From the NCBI RefSeq assembly GCF_003334405.1, contig NZ_QOWM01000012.1: a stretch of 64,000 nucleotides of DNA; one strand, written 5' to 3'. A program made the translations under genes and the position numbers. Position 1 is the stretch's first letter. Every line of letters begins with the position of its first letter. Below are positions 9,988 through 20,660 of the stretch, piece after piece. The notes beneath the pieces are model-generated. The model was not told where the DNA came from, searched no databases, and saw only the letters and a list, made by a program, of their open reading frames with translations. This stretch comes from Escherichia coli. Its GTDB lineage: Bacteria > Pseudomonadota > Gammaproteobacteria > Enterobacterales > Enterobacteriaceae.

Positions 9988-11304
9988 TTACGCGAATGCC
10001 GCCATGCTGGCTTTCATGGTGTACACCTCGACCAGCGTGTTGGTGTACTCCTCGAGATAACGGTCGTAGTTGGCGTTATAGGTATCGGTAAGCTGATCGC
10101 CTTCGTCCTGAATTTTGCTCATCTGATCGTCAATGTTCTGCTGGCGCAGGGTGATGATGCCGTTGCTGGAGTCCGTGTAGGTGTTAATCAGGTCGTCCAT
10201 CTGCGCCACCATGCTGTTGTCGCCAACGAAAATAGAGGTCAGACCGTCAGGATTTTTCGCCATTTCGTCGTTGAACTGGTCGGAGTCAATCTGTAAGTGG
10301 CCGTGAGAATCAAGCGTGATGCCATAGTCAACAATCGACACGCCGTTGTAGTTGGCATGGGCGATGTCATCGAGCTGGTTCGCCAGTGAATTGAGTCCGG
10401 CGTCGCCTGCAAATACCCCGGCGCTGGTACTGTCATCACCATGAGTAGTCAGTGAATCAACCGTATCAATCAAGGTGTTATAGGCATCGACAAAGGTCTG
10501 TACTTTCTCCTGACTGGCGCTGGAATCTTCGCTGATGTTAAAGGTAGTGAGATCGCTGTCAGAATCGCTGACTTCGGTGAAAGTCATGGTGACGCCGGGG
10601 ATCACATCATCAAATGTATTGCTGCTGTTGGTGATCTCAGGCCCTGTGGCGCTACCGAGATGAATAATCGCGTCCTGAGCGGAGGAAACATCCGTGGCAA
10701 CGGGCGCGCTGGCGCTATCGTTGCTGGCATCATGCCCCGTTACGCTCACCGAAAACGCGCTCTGCGCCCCGGTGCTATCCGAGGTGAGCATAATCGTGGT
10801 GGTGCCGTCGGTTTTTACCAGCGCAGCCGACACGCCCGGATTGTCATCGGAGTCGTTAATCGCATTCACCAGTTCACTGGCGTCGATAAAACCGTCGCCG
10901 TCACCGTTCTGATCCGCCGCCGCCAGATCAATATCCATGGTGCTGTCGCCCATGGTCATTTCGAACGTCCCCGTCGCAGAAAAGGTGTCATCACCCATAC
11001 TGAACGTGGTCTGCTGCCCCTGCGCCAGTTGTTCAACGAAAAACGAGTAGCTTCCCGCCTGCGCCTGCGAGTTAGCGGAAACGGTCGCCGAGTCATTATT
11101 GCTGGTGGCAGCGAAGGTCACCGGGCCGTCGGTATCGCTGTTTAGCGCATCCACGGCGCTCTGGAAATCGCTCAACGCCGAGCTGAGCGAGTCCAGGCCG
11201 CTGCTTTCGGCATCCAGCTCCGTTTGCTTCTCCTGCAAGTTTGCCGCCTGAGTGGCGACATCTGCATAAGCGATTTCTTGCGCAATGGTTCTTGGGTTGA
11301 TCAT
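9988..11304 (-). CDS. lafB: filament cap protein LafB (FliD-like)
   Basis: 438 aa, S/T/D-rich, conserved FliD termini. Confidence 0.8.
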   Translation of the reverse strand: MINPRTIAQEIAYADVATQAANLQEKQTELDAESSGLDSLSSALSDFQSAVDALNSDTDGPVTFAATSNNDSATVSANSQAQAGSYSFFVEQLAQGQQTTFSMGDDTFSATGTFEMTMGDSTMDIDLAAADQNGDGDGFIDASELVNAINDSDDNPGVSAALVKTDGTTTIMLTSDSTGAQSAFSVSVTGHDASNDSASAPVATDVSSAQDAIIHLGSATGPEITNSSNTFDDVIPGVTMTFTEVSDSDSDLTTFNISEDSSASQEKVQTFVDAYNTLIDTVDSLTTHGDDSTSAGVFAGDAGLNSLANQLDDIAHANYNGVSIVDYGITLDSHGHLQIDSDQFNDEMAKNPDGLTSIFVGDNSMVAQMDDLINTYTDSSNGIITLRQQNIDDQMSKIQDEGDQLTDTYNANYDRYLEEYTNTLVEVYTMKASMAAFA

Positions 11305-11486
11305 TGATGACTCCGGATAACGATGTCAGGTTATTGGCAAAAGGCGTGCCAATAATTTTTATGTGAATAATCAATAGATTGAAAAATGGGCGGAAAGGCC
11401 ATTTCCGGTCTGGTGGAAATACGCCTGCCGCAGAAAGAACAACACCGCCCGCAGGCGGTGTTGAGACTGATGACAAACGCAACACT

Positions 11487-11585
11487 GCCTGATGCGCTGC
11501 GCTTATCAGGCCTACAAGGTTTCTGCAATATATTGAATTTGCAATATTTTGTAGGCCGGATAAGGCGTTCACGCCGCATCCGGCA
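11487..11585. repeat. REP pair (BIME) between lafA and lafB
   Basis: gcctgatgcgctgcgcttatcaggcctac and gtaggccggataaggcgttcacgccgcatccggca. Confidence 0.7.
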
Positions 11586-11594
11586 AGTCCGCCA

Positions 11595-12509
11595 TTACTG
11601 CAGCAGGCTGGAAACCATGCTGGACATGCTGTTGGACTGTTTCAGCATGGTGATGCCGGTCTGCATCAGCACCTGCTGTTTGGTCATATTGGACGCTTCC
11701 GTAGCGTAGTCGGTATCCATGATGTTACCGATAGCAACTTCGGTGTTGTCCTGCATACTGGTCAGGTTATTAGCCGTGTCGTTCAGACGGTTGATAGACG
11801 CACCCAGCTTGGACTGGATCTGCGAAACATCATCCATCGCGGTAGAAATGCTGGTGATCATCTGGTTAGCCGAGCCAGACGCAGTCAGTTCAGTACCGCC
11901 AGAAACGCCTGCGGTGCCTGTGGTGTCTGCCTGATCCGCACTGAAGGAGTTGCTGATAGCAGAAAGGTCAGTCACCAGCGTGTTCAGTTGGCTAGAGATG
12001 TTCACGGTCATGGTGTCGGAAGATTCCGCGCCCACCTGGAAAGTTACCGCGCTCTGGAACAGGCCGTCAGTACCGGTGTTGCTGGTGCCGGAAACACCGA
12101 ACAGGTTGGTGCCGCCGTAGGTGGTGTTTTGCAGCATGTCAGACATCTGCTGGCCCAGTTCGTCGTATTCGTCCTGCATCGCCTGCAGATCGTCGTCGCT
12201 GTAGGTGCCGTTCGCTGCCTGAGTTGACAGGTCTTTCATACGACCCAGCACGTCAGACATTTCGTCGAACATGCTGTCGGCGGTTTGCAGCATCGCGGTG
12301 GCATCATTGATGTTGCTCAGCGCAACATCCATACCGCTGGACTGTGCTGTCAGACGGTTAGCAATTTGTTTGCCTGCGGCGTCATCGGCAGAAGAGTTAA
12401 TCCGGTTACCTGTCGCCAGGCGTTCCATAGATGTAGACAGAGAAGAGCTGCTTTTGCTGATTGCATTAACGGCGGCCATTGAGGCGTTATTGGTGTTAAT
12501 AGATAACAT
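11595..12509 (-). CDS. lafA: lateral flagellin LafA
   Basis: Start set at MLSINTNNASMAAVNA...; conserved flagellin D0 termini (N-term ...RLATGNRINSSADDAAGKQIANRL, C-term ...MLKQSNSMSSMVSSLLQ). Confidence 0.9.
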   Translation of the reverse strand: MLSINTNNASMAAVNAISKSSSSLSTSMERLATGNRINSSADDAAGKQIANRLTAQSSGMDVALSNINDATAMLQTADSMFDEMSDVLGRMKDLSTQAANGTYSDDDLQAMQDEYDELGQQMSDMLQNTTYGGTNLFGVSGTSNTGTDGLFQSAVTFQVGAESSDTMTVNISSQLNTLVTDLSAISNSFSADQADTTGTAGVSGGTELTASGSANQMITSISTAMDDVSQIQSKLGASINRLNDTANNLTSMQDNTEVAIGNIMDTDYATEASNMTKQQVLMQTGITMLKQSNSMSSMVSSLLQ

Positions 12510-12554
12510 GATACTGCTCCTTGGGATTAATCGTTTTCGTTTCGATACCCTGTA

Positions 12555-12580
12555 AAAACGACACCTCGGGAGCAAACTTA
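12555..12580 (-). promoter_or_regulatory. possible sigma-28 (LafS)-type promoter of lafA
   Basis: Coding-strand TTAAGTTT-N11-GTCGTTTT about 45 nt upstream of lafA ATG; weak -10 match to GCCGATAA. Confidence 0.25.
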
Positions 12581-12994
12581 AAACCGCCGTTAAAAAAATT
12601 TCACTGCGGTTTATCTGATGCCACTTTTAGCTAAAAAAAGCAGAGTTTAAATTCAGATAAAAAGATTATTAGCAATATCTGCCACATGGCCAGGTATCAA
12701 AATATGTCTTTATCAAACGCTTGATATAGTTAAGATTACCATCAATTAACGCGTTTTCTTCTCAATGTACTGATGCCAAAATTTACATTGCGTTGCAAAT
12801 AGTACACATTTGGCTATTGTACCTGTCCTGTCATTTCGTTACATTTCCACGCCATATAGTGATTAAGAATAATCCTATTACCATAAAATATTAATTATCA
12901 CGCAGAAAAATCATCTTCTCAGGGACGTATAAGACTGTGCTTTATGCAAAGCACTATCAGGAAACATTTATCCCTTGCTAAGGTAAACTCAACT

Positions 12995-13837
12995 ATGAGT
13001 ATTATTATCAACAACTGGCGGATGGACCCGTCGCTTAATGCCTTAATACATTGCGAAACGGGTGAAACACGTCGTCTCGGCGAATACCATTTTATTTTGC
13101 TGGAAACATTAGCAAAAAATGCCGATGTGGTTTTATCGCGATCTTATTTATGTGCCGAAGTATGGAAGAACCGCATTGTCGGCGGTAACAGCCTGCCGAC
13201 GGCGATACATGCATTACGCGTTGCTATCGACGATGATGGCAAACAACAGAACATTATTAAAACCATCCCGAAAAAAGGTTACCTGTGCAATAAAGAGTAT
13301 GTGTCTTTGCCGGAGTCATCGCCTGCGGAAGCGCTGATTATTACCAACCAGGTACAGGAAACTGTGCCAGGAGAGATATCTTCGACAACCCTGCCTGTGC
13401 CTGTTAGAAAAAAACATAAAGGACTGATGGGGTTAGCGTTGACCGCGGCTGTTATATTTATTGGCTCGACCGTGGGGTATTCACACTTGAAAAGTACACC
13501 TGACGCCCCGCAACTGGTAAAAGAGTCAATTAACAGCCCAAGAATAAAAATATTTCACCTTAGTTCTGGAAAAGAAAATAATTCCGCACCGTTACTGTCA
13601 CAAACCCTCGCACCAGGAAAAGACAAACTCGATAATTTATTGTCAGCGCATAATATGACAATGACAACCTATTATAAATATGTTCGTAACCGACTGGAGA
13701 GTGATATTGTTCTGCGCAACCAGTGCAACGGTAGCTGGCAATTAACCTTTAATGTGGATGAGTGGCAGAATAGCGATATTAATAGCGCGATGTATCAGAA
13801 TTTAGAGAAGTTGTTAAATACTGTGCAGAAGTGCTGA
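12995..13837 (+). CDS. lafZ: ToxR/CadC-like membrane-bound transcriptional regulator LafZ
   Basis: N-terminal OmpR-type winged helix (…LPTAIHALRVAIDDDGKQQNIIKTIPKKGYLC), single TM helix (GLMGLALTAAVIFIGSTVGY), periplasmic C-terminal domain. Confidence 0.65.
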   Translation: MSIIINNWRMDPSLNALIHCETGETRRLGEYHFILLETLAKNADVVLSRSYLCAEVWKNRIVGGNSLPTAIHALRVAIDDDGKQQNIIKTIPKKGYLCNKEYVSLPESSPAEALIITNQVQETVPGEISSTTLPVPVRKKHKGLMGLALTAAVIFIGSTVGYSHLKSTPDAPQLVKESINSPRIKIFHLSSGKENNSAPLLSQTLAPGKDKLDNLLSAHNMTMTTYYKYVRNRLESDIVLRNQCNGSWQLTFNVDEWQNSDINSAMYQNLEKLLNTVQKC

Positions 13838-13852
13838 TGAGTGCCAATATAT

Positions 13853-13889
13853 GCCGGATGCGACGCTAAACGCGTCTTATCCGGCCTAC
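13853..13889. repeat. REP element
   Basis: gccggatgcgacgctaaacgcgtcttatccggcctac. Confidence 0.6.
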
Positions 13890-13895
13890 CGATAA

Positions 13896-14873
13896 TTATC
13901 CCAATAAACTCCTCACCGTCTGGCTGGAAATTCGCGCCTGACCATTCACCGCCTGCAATAACACCTGATAGTTATGATTCGCGCTATCCAACACGCCGCC
14001 GAGATTTTCCGACGCCTGCACGGCGTTTTCCGTTTGCGGGAAGCGGGACATGCCGTCGATCAACTGGCGGGCTTTTTCCTGCTGCACCGCCATTTGCGCG
14101 CGCTGCTGATTAATGTTTTCTAACATCTGGGAAATCCCTGCCCCGCCCTGTTGCAGGCTTTGCGCTAAACGCTCGGCCTGCGACGGTTCGGCAAAGGTTT
14201 TTAGCGGCATAAACGCCGACTTATCACCATCGGTGCGCACGCTTAAGGTGCTTTCAATGTTGGGCCACTGCTTTTCGGTGGTGGAGAAGCTGATGCCGTC
14301 CGCTTGCTGATGCAGTTGCACACCCACGCGGCGCAGGGCGTTGGTCAGCCGCGTCTGATACTGCGCGGCGCTGTCATCCTCAGACAGCATCACCGCCGAA
14401 AGCTGAGTCTGCCGCCCGTCAGAGACGCTGAACATGCGCGTTCCCGGCGTGGGGTTGTGTACGAGATTCGCCAGATCCGGCGAGTGAAAAGTCACCCGCG
14501 CCTCGCCCTGCAACACTGGCTGCAACTGGCGGTCTACCGCACCGCCGGAAAGCGCGGTGCGTTTGTCCAGCATCTGCATCAGCGCCGTACTCTGCGCCTG
14601 CCCGCCCTTACGCTGGCTGTGACGATAATCGAGCAACTGCTGCTCCAGTTGCCCGAGGTAGTGATCCGCCTGCTGCAACGTGGTGAGCTGGTCGTTAAGC
14701 TGCACGCTGTAACGCTGCGGGCGAGTGGTAATCAGCGGCGAGGCCGGATATTCACTCGCCGTCGCCGGGAGTTTTTGCCGCACCGCCTGAGTGGGCGCAA
14801 CGGTTGACGACGATACCGCAGCGCTATGCGCGCTGCCGGTGGCGAGTGACGAAGAAGTAAGTCCGACCTGCAT
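13896..14873 (-). CDS. lafW: lateral flagellar protein LafW (function unknown)
   Basis: 325-aa ORF 16 nt downstream of lfgL in same orientation; Q-rich, no recognisable catalytic motif. Confidence 0.5.
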   Translation of the reverse strand: MQVGLTSSSLATGSAHSAAVSSSTVAPTQAVRQKLPATASEYPASPLITTRPQRYSVQLNDQLTTLQQADHYLGQLEQQLLDYRHSQRKGGQAQSTALMQMLDKRTALSGGAVDRQLQPVLQGEARVTFHSPDLANLVHNPTPGTRMFSVSDGRQTQLSAVMLSEDDSAAQYQTRLTNALRRVGVQLHQQADGISFSTTEKQWPNIESTLSVRTDGDKSAFMPLKTFAEPSQAERLAQSLQQGGAGISQMLENINQQRAQMAVQQEKARQLIDGMSRFPQTENAVQASENLGGVLDSANHNYQVLLQAVNGQARISSQTVRSLLG

Positions 14874-14889
14874 ACGGTTCCTGAAAGAG

Positions 14890-15843
14890 TTAGAGAACGC
14901 TGAACAAATTCAACTCACTCACTTTCGAGTAAGTCTTGAGAGTAGCTTCCATTGCCACTTCCAGTCCGGTAAAGGTGATCGACGCCGGGCCGTAATCGAG
15001 ATCCTGTAAAGAACCAATCAACTCATCATTAGAGGTAGAAATATCGGTCTGCGCATCGCTCAGCATCGACATGGTGTTCTGCGTCTCGCCAAGCGACGCA
15101 ATTGAGGCGTTGAGATCGTCCGAAGCGGTATCCACCACATCAACGGCGTTCTGAATATCGCTCTGCACCTGCGGATCTGCCGGGTCAACGTTGGGGGCTT
15201 GCAACTCCTGAGAGAGCGAATTGAGCGTGTTGAGCACATCTAAATTGCTACCGAAGAAATCGCTCGCCGCCACGTTGGTATCCACTTCCACGCCGTTCGA
15301 AACGGTGGTCTGGCGGTGGTCGCTGTTGCCCTGATAGCTGTAGCTATCGGTCACGCCGTCGCCGTCATCGTCCACCGCCACAATCGGCGGCTGATCGTTG
15401 ATAGTGCCGCCAAACACGTAGTGCCCGTCTTCGTCCTGATAGTTCAGCGCCGCGACCATTGATTCGGTGAGCGACTCAATATCCTGCCCGAGACTTGCGA
15501 GCGAATCGGCGGTATTGGTGCCGTTCGCTGCTTCCAGCAGGTCGTCACGCACCGCCAGCAGGCTGTTGTTGACGCCATCGAGAATTGATTCCTGCTGGCT
15601 TAACCCCGCCGACGCGGAGTCGATATTGCTCTGATACTGCTCAATCGCCGACTGCTGGCGGTTTAACTGGGTAATGCGCGTGGCGGCGATCGGGTCATCG
15701 GACGGCTGCAAAATCTGCTTGCCGGTTGCCATCTGCTCGACCACATGCGCCAGATCGCCGGAGAGATCATTAAAACTTTGCGTCATCGAGACGTAGGTTT
15801 GTTGGGTGGTTACTCGCATTTTCGCGCTCCCGCTTAGCTGCAC
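14890..15843 (-). CDS. lfgL: hook-filament junction protein LfgL (FlgL-like)
   Basis: 317 aa; flagellin-like N-terminus (…SDDPIAATRITQLNRQQSAIEQYQSNI). Confidence 0.8.
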   Translation of the reverse strand: MQLSGSAKMRVTTQQTYVSMTQSFNDLSGDLAHVVEQMATGKQILQPSDDPIAATRITQLNRQQSAIEQYQSNIDSASAGLSQQESILDGVNNSLLAVRDDLLEAANGTNTADSLASLGQDIESLTESMVAALNYQDEDGHYVFGGTINDQPPIVAVDDDGDGVTDSYSYQGNSDHRQTTVSNGVEVDTNVAASDFFGSNLDVLNTLNSLSQELQAPNVDPADPQVQSDIQNAVDVVDTASDDLNASIASLGETQNTMSMLSDAQTDISTSNDELIGSLQDLDYGPASITFTGLEVAMEATLKTYSKVSELNLFSVL

Positions 15844-17210
15844 ATTTCCAGCACCGAATCGAAAATCTCGGCCCCGGCGGAAATGACTTTCAGATTGGCT
15901 TCATAAATTTGTTGATAGGTGATCAGGTTAACCGCCTCTTCGTCCATGCTGACGCCGCTGACGCTGCTCTGCTGGTTTTGCGCTGCGGAATAGACATTGG
16001 ACGCGGCATCGACTTCCGTCTGGTTTTGCTGGCTGTAAATGCCGATATTGCTGATGATTGACGAGCACGCCTGCCCGACCGTCACACTGCCAAGATTGGC
16101 AATTTCCAGCGGTTCGGTGGAGATGTTGATCAGCGCCTGCAGGTTGTCGCTGTTACCGCTTTCGTCCGGCGAACTGGAAAACGCCAGCTCATCGGCGGTG
16201 ATATCCGGGTTAACGGTCAGTGGGCCATCGGCATTGCTGGCGTCATAAATAAACAGCGGCTCGCCGGGGTTACCGTTGAGATCGTAGCCCTGCGCCAGCT
16301 GGTTGTTGACCGCATCGGCAAACTGCGAGGCCATGCTGTTGATGGTGTCGGTCAACGGCGTCAGCACATCGTTTTGATAATCAAACAGTGCGCCTAATGA
16401 ACCTCCAGTGTCGGTGGTCATCGTCGAGGTGGTGCCAGCGAAGGTCAGCGACATGGTCGGCGTGCCGTCGGCGTTGGTTTCCAGCGCGATGGTCGAGCTT
16501 TGTTGCCCGCTCACCAGCGGCTGACCGTTTTTCAGGGTGACGTTGTAGTTGCCCTGGTCGTCGATATTGACCTGCACTTCCATCATCCCGCTCAGTTCTT
16601 CCACCATCTGATCGCGGGCGTCGTACAGCGCAGAGGCGTTATCACCGTTGGCTTCGGCCTGAGCAATTTGCTGGTTATAGCTGGCGATACCGCTGGTGAG
16701 CGTGTTGATTTGCGACACCATCGCCTGCTGCTGGCTGATGATTTCCGTGCTTTGCGAGTCGACGTAATCGAGCGTGTTATCAATACGCAACGACAGCGCC
16801 CCGGCTTCGCTGATCACCTGCTCGCGCAGGGCGGAATCATCGGGGCTGGTGGTCGCTTCGTTAAGGGCGGCGAAGAAGTTATCGAAGCCGCCGCTCAGGC
16901 TGCTGTTATCGTCGCTTAGTACCGCTTCCAGTTGGCTGAGATACCCCTGCTGGGTGCTGTAATAGCCGTAATCGCTGGCGGCATACCACACCTGATTCAC
17001 CTGATACTGGTTGGAGACGCGGCGAATGCTGTCCACCTGTACGCCGTTACCGGCGCTGTTCGGCGAACCGCCGCTGGCACCGATGGTGCTGATCTCCGCC
17101 ACCTGGCGAGTGTAGCCAGTGATCATGGCGTTAGCGGTGTTTTGCGCCGTGACGTTCAGCTCCACCTGCGCGGTTGATGCGCCGCTGTAGCCGATGTTAA
17201 TCATGTCCAT
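15834..17210 (-). CDS. lfgK: hook-associated protein LfgK (FlgK-like)
   Basis: 458 aa; N-terminus MDMINIGYSGASTAQVELNVTAQNTANAMITGYTRQ matches FlgK. Confidence 0.85.
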   Translation of the reverse strand: MDMINIGYSGASTAQVELNVTAQNTANAMITGYTRQVAEISTIGASGGSPNSAGNGVQVDSIRRVSNQYQVNQVWYAASDYGYYSTQQGYLSQLEAVLSDDNSSLSGGFDNFFAALNEATTSPDDSALREQVISEAGALSLRIDNTLDYVDSQSTEIISQQQAMVSQINTLTSGIASYNQQIAQAEANGDNASALYDARDQMVEELSGMMEVQVNIDDQGNYNVTLKNGQPLVSGQQSSTIALETNADGTPTMSLTFAGTTSTMTTDTGGSLGALFDYQNDVLTPLTDTINSMASQFADAVNNQLAQGYDLNGNPGEPLFIYDASNADGPLTVNPDITADELAFSSSPDESGNSDNLQALINISTEPLEIANLGSVTVGQACSSIISNIGIYSQQNQTEVDAASNVYSAAQNQQSSVSGVSMDEEAVNLITYQQIYEANLKVISAGAEIFDSVLEMCS

Positions 17211-17289
17211 GTTGGATCCTTACCGGTAAATCGTGCCGGTTAAAAGCGGCGTGAAGATGGGGATTCTTAAATTCCGTAAACCGGGTGCC

Positions 17290-17505
<216 letters not shown>

Positions 17506-17513
17506 TCGGAGCC

Positions 17514-17813
17514 TCACCTATGCTTCGGCGACAACTGCTTCACAATCATCGCCGCAATCCCAATCCCGTGCTGCTGCGCCAGGGTGTTACACAACTCATC
17601 GTCATAAAATCCCTGCATCATGCGCACCGAATCGCTGTTAAATGGGTTATCTTTCGAATCAAACAACTCGTTGGTTTTACGCATCTCTTTCAGCATGTTG
17701 CGTAAAAAAATCGCCTCAAACTGTTCGGCGGCCTGCCTGATATCATTGGCCTGAACCTTCGGCCCCATTAACGCATCGCTGCCGTCAATCCCGCCGCTGC
17801 CGTTAACTTTCAT
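17514..17813 (-). CDS. lfgJ: rod-binding protein LfgJ (FlgJ N-domain-like, no muramidase domain)
   Basis: 99 aa; FlgJ rod-binding-like segment; directly downstream of flgI-like gene. Confidence 0.7.
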   Translation of the reverse strand: MKVNGSGGIDGSDALMGPKVQANDIRQAAEQFEAIFLRNMLKEMRKTNELFDSKDNPFNSDSVRMMQGFYDDELCNTLAQQHGIGIAAMIVKQLSPKHR

Positions 17814-18928
17814 CAGATCACCTCCAGGTCGGCATCCAGCGCGCCCGCTTCATGCAGCGCCTGCAAAATTGACATAATGTCATCCGGCGTCGCACCTAAA
17901 CTGTTCAACGCATTGACCAGCGTTTTCAGGCTGCTCGACTCCGGCAAACTCACCACGCCCGGACGGGCATGATTCACCGCGATATTGCTCTGCGGCGTTA
18001 CCGCTGTGCGCCCGCCCGCAAAGGCATTCGGCTGGCTGACGTTGCTGGTTTCGTTAATCGAAACGGTCAAACTGCCGTGCGACACCGCCGCCGCGTGCAG
18101 CGCAACGCCATCGCCCATCACCACCGTGCCGGTACGCGAGTTAAACACCACGCGAGCGCGGATTTTCTCTGCCTGCACCTGCACATCGTCCAGTTGCGAC
18201 ATAAACGCCACCCGCGCACCGGGGCTGGTAGGCGCACGCACGGTAACGTTGGTGGAACTCTGTGCGGTGGCAATGCCACCAAACGAGGCGTTAATCGCCG
18301 CCGCAATGTTGTTAGCGTCTTTAAACGACGGACGTTTCAGGTTGAGGGTGATAGTGTCGCCCATCTGAAAATCGCTGGGGATCTCGCGCTCCACCGTTGC
18401 GCCGTTAGGAATTAACCCGGCGGTTGGAGTATTAACCGTTACGCTGGAGCCACTAGCCCCGGTGGCGTTCATCCCGCCGACCACCACGCTGCCCTGCGCC
18501 AGGGCATACACTTCACCATCTGCGCCGTGCAACTGCGTCAACAGCAAGGTGCCGCCGCGAATACTTTTCGCATCGCCAATCGACGAGACGGTGACATCAA
18601 TGGTCTGCCCGCGCGAGTACATCGGCGGCAACGTGGCGCTCACCGCCACTGCGGCGACGTTTTTCACCTTCGGGTCGATTTTATTCGGCAACTGCACGCC
18701 AAACTGGCGCAGCATATTGGTGATGGTCTGGTTGGTGAATTTGACCTGGTTTTTATCACCGGTACCGTCGAGGCCGACCACCAGGCTGTAGCCGACCAGT
18801 TGGTTTTCACGCACGCCCTGTACGTTAACCAGTGACTCCAGCGATTGCGCCAGCACCACGCCGGGTAGCGCCAGGCTTACGGCTACGACCACTGTTTTTA
18901 TCCAGTTTTGCATTGCACTCTCCGGCAT
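17813..18928 (-). CDS. lfgI: P-ring protein LfgI (FlgI-like)
   Basis: 371 aa with signal peptide; FlgI family. Confidence 0.9.
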   Translation of the reverse strand: MPESAMQNWIKTVVVAVSLALPGVVLAQSLESLVNVQGVRENQLVGYSLVVGLDGTGDKNQVKFTNQTITNMLRQFGVQLPNKIDPKVKNVAAVAVSATLPPMYSRGQTIDVTVSSIGDAKSIRGGTLLLTQLHGADGEVYALAQGSVVVGGMNATGASGSSVTVNTPTAGLIPNGATVEREIPSDFQMGDTITLNLKRPSFKDANNIAAAINASFGGIATAQSSTNVTVRAPTSPGARVAFMSQLDDVQVQAEKIRARVVFNSRTGTVVMGDGVALHAAAVSHGSLTVSINETSNVSQPNAFAGGRTAVTPQSNIAVNHARPGVVSLPESSSLKTLVNALNSLGATPDDIMSILQALHEAGALDADLEVI

Positions 18929-19593
18929 TAAATCGGGAACAGAGGATGGTTAAACAACCGCGTCAGCCAGCCTGCGGCATTGGCGTCGCTTAACGCGCCA
19001 CGTCCGGCATAGGAGATACGGGCGTCGGCGATCCGCTGGGAGGAAACCGAGTTGTCGTTCTGGATGTCGTCGGCGCGCACCAGGCCGCTTAAGCGGATGT
19101 ACTCATCGCCCTGGTTGAGGGTGAGCCATTTCTCGCCGCGAATTTCCAGGATGCCGTTGGGCTGCACCGCATGGACGGAAACGGTGATCTCCCCGCGCAG
19201 GCTGTTCTGCTGCTGGGAAGTGGCGCTGCCGTCAAAGTCGCGGTTGGCGTCGATAGAGCCGGAAAGCTTATCTTTAGTGTGACCAAAAATGGTCGGTGCG
19301 CCGATATCGACGGTGTTGCTTTTGCCGAAGTTGGTTTTCGCCTGTTTGCTCGACTGGGTGGATTCTTCGAGGATCACCGTCAGGATATCGCCCACGCGAT
19401 AAGCCCGCCGATCGGCGGTCAGCGACCAGTTGTAGCCAGTTTCAAATACACCGCCAGCACGCCCGTCTGCCGGAGGCGGTGCTTCGGTTTTCGGTGGCGC
19501 AAAGTATGCGTCGTCTTTTTTGACCAGAATGGCCTGCGATTCACACCCGCTAAGCAGGGGAAGCAGTGCCACCAGCCAGAGATAATTTTTCAC
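18928..19593 (-). CDS. lfgH: L-ring lipoprotein LfgH (FlgH-like)
   Basis: 221 aa; lipobox LLSGC; FlgH family. Confidence 0.85.
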   Translation of the reverse strand: MKNYLWLVALLPLLSGCESQAILVKKDDAYFAPPKTEAPPPADGRAGGVFETGYNWSLTADRRAYRVGDILTVILEESTQSSKQAKTNFGKSNTVDIGAPTIFGHTKDKLSGSIDANRDFDGSATSQQQNSLRGEITVSVHAVQPNGILEIRGEKWLTLNQGDEYIRLSGLVRADDIQNDNSVSSQRIADARISYAGRGALSDANAAGWLTRLFNHPLFPI

Positions 19594-19631
19594 GTTCTGC
19601 CTGTTTTAAATACAGTGAGTTATGTGCTCTT

Positions 19632-19790
19632 GTAGGTCGGATAAGACGCGTCAGCGTCGCATCCGACAACAAGCGTGTGCACATTGCCCGATGCGCGTGT
19701 GGACGGTTTATAAACGGTTAATCAACCAAACTATGTGCACCGTCCACTCGCTTATCGTGCCTACAAGGGCGTCAGCGTCGCATCCGACAT
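19632..19790. repeat. REP-like palindromic units
   Basis: gtaggtcggataagacgcgtcagcgtcgcatccgac at both ends of the interval. Confidence 0.5.
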
Positions 19791-19796
19791 TTCGCC

Positions 19797-20582
19797 TTAC
19801 AGCGTCTGGCTGATGTACTGCAACATATCGTCCGCCGCCGACACCATTTTGGCGTTCATCTCGTACGCGCGTTGCACCGTAATCATCGCCACCATTTCGT
19901 TGACGATATCCACGTTCGAGCCTTCCAGTGCGTTGTCCTGCAAAGTGCCAAGCCCATCTTCGCCCGGCACACCTTCTGTCGGCTGACCGCTGGCGGCGGT
20001 TTCCAGATACAGGTTGTCGCCCTCGGCGGAAAGCCCCGCCGGGTTGGCGAAGTTAACCAGCGTCAGTTGCCCTAACTCGGTCGCGTCGCTGTCGCCGGGT
20101 AAGATCGCCGTCACTGTGCCATCCTCACCAAACGCGACGTTGGTGGCCCCTGCCGGAACGTCGATTTCCGGCTGCAACGGCAAGCCCTGCGAGTTGGTCA
20201 GCACGCCGTCGGCGTTCACCTGCAAGTTGCCATCGCGGATATAGGCGATATCGCCGTTAGCCTTTTGCACCTGCAAAAATCCCTGCCCCATAATGGCGAC
20301 ATTCATCGCGTTGTCGGTGGTTTCGACGTTGCCTTCGGTGAAGGTTTTCTGGGTACCGACAATGCGCACGCCGCTACCGAATTGCAGCCCGGTCGGCATG
20401 ATGTTGTTCTGGTCGAGCATCGCGCCCGGCGCTTCCTGGGTCTGGTAGAACAGATCCTGAAACATCACCCGGTCGCGCTTGAAGCCGGTGGTATTAACGT
20501 TGGCGATGTTGTTGGCAATCGCGCTCATTTCAGCATCCTGCGCCGAGAGGCCGGTTTTGCTGATCCATAATGCTGCGTTCAT
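19797..20582 (-). CDS. lfgG: distal rod protein LfgG (FlgG-like)
   Basis: 261 aa; N-term MNAALWISKTGLSAQDAEMSAIANNIANVNTTGFK. Confidence 0.9.
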   Translation of the reverse strand: MNAALWISKTGLSAQDAEMSAIANNIANVNTTGFKRDRVMFQDLFYQTQEAPGAMLDQNNIMPTGLQFGSGVRIVGTQKTFTEGNVETTDNAMNVAIMGQGFLQVQKANGDIAYIRDGNLQVNADGVLTNSQGLPLQPEIDVPAGATNVAFGEDGTVTAILPGDSDATELGQLTLVNFANPAGLSAEGDNLYLETAASGQPTEGVPGEDGLGTLQDNALEGSNVDIVNEMVAMITVQRAYEMNAKMVSAADDMLQYISQTL

Positions 20583-20607
20583 GGTGGTAAATTCCGTGTT
20601 ATTTTTG

Positions 20608-20650
20608 GGCCGCGGTTGCCGGATGCGGCGTGAACGCCTTATCCGGCCTA
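20608..20650. repeat. REP element
   Basis: gccggatgcggcgtgaacgccttatccggcctac. Confidence 0.65.
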
Positions 20651-20660
20651 CGATGTGCGG

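Noticed and set aside
10660-11145. 161-aa plus-strand ORF inside lafB
   Set aside because: Antisense to the FliD-like gene; Arg/Gly-rich shadow frame
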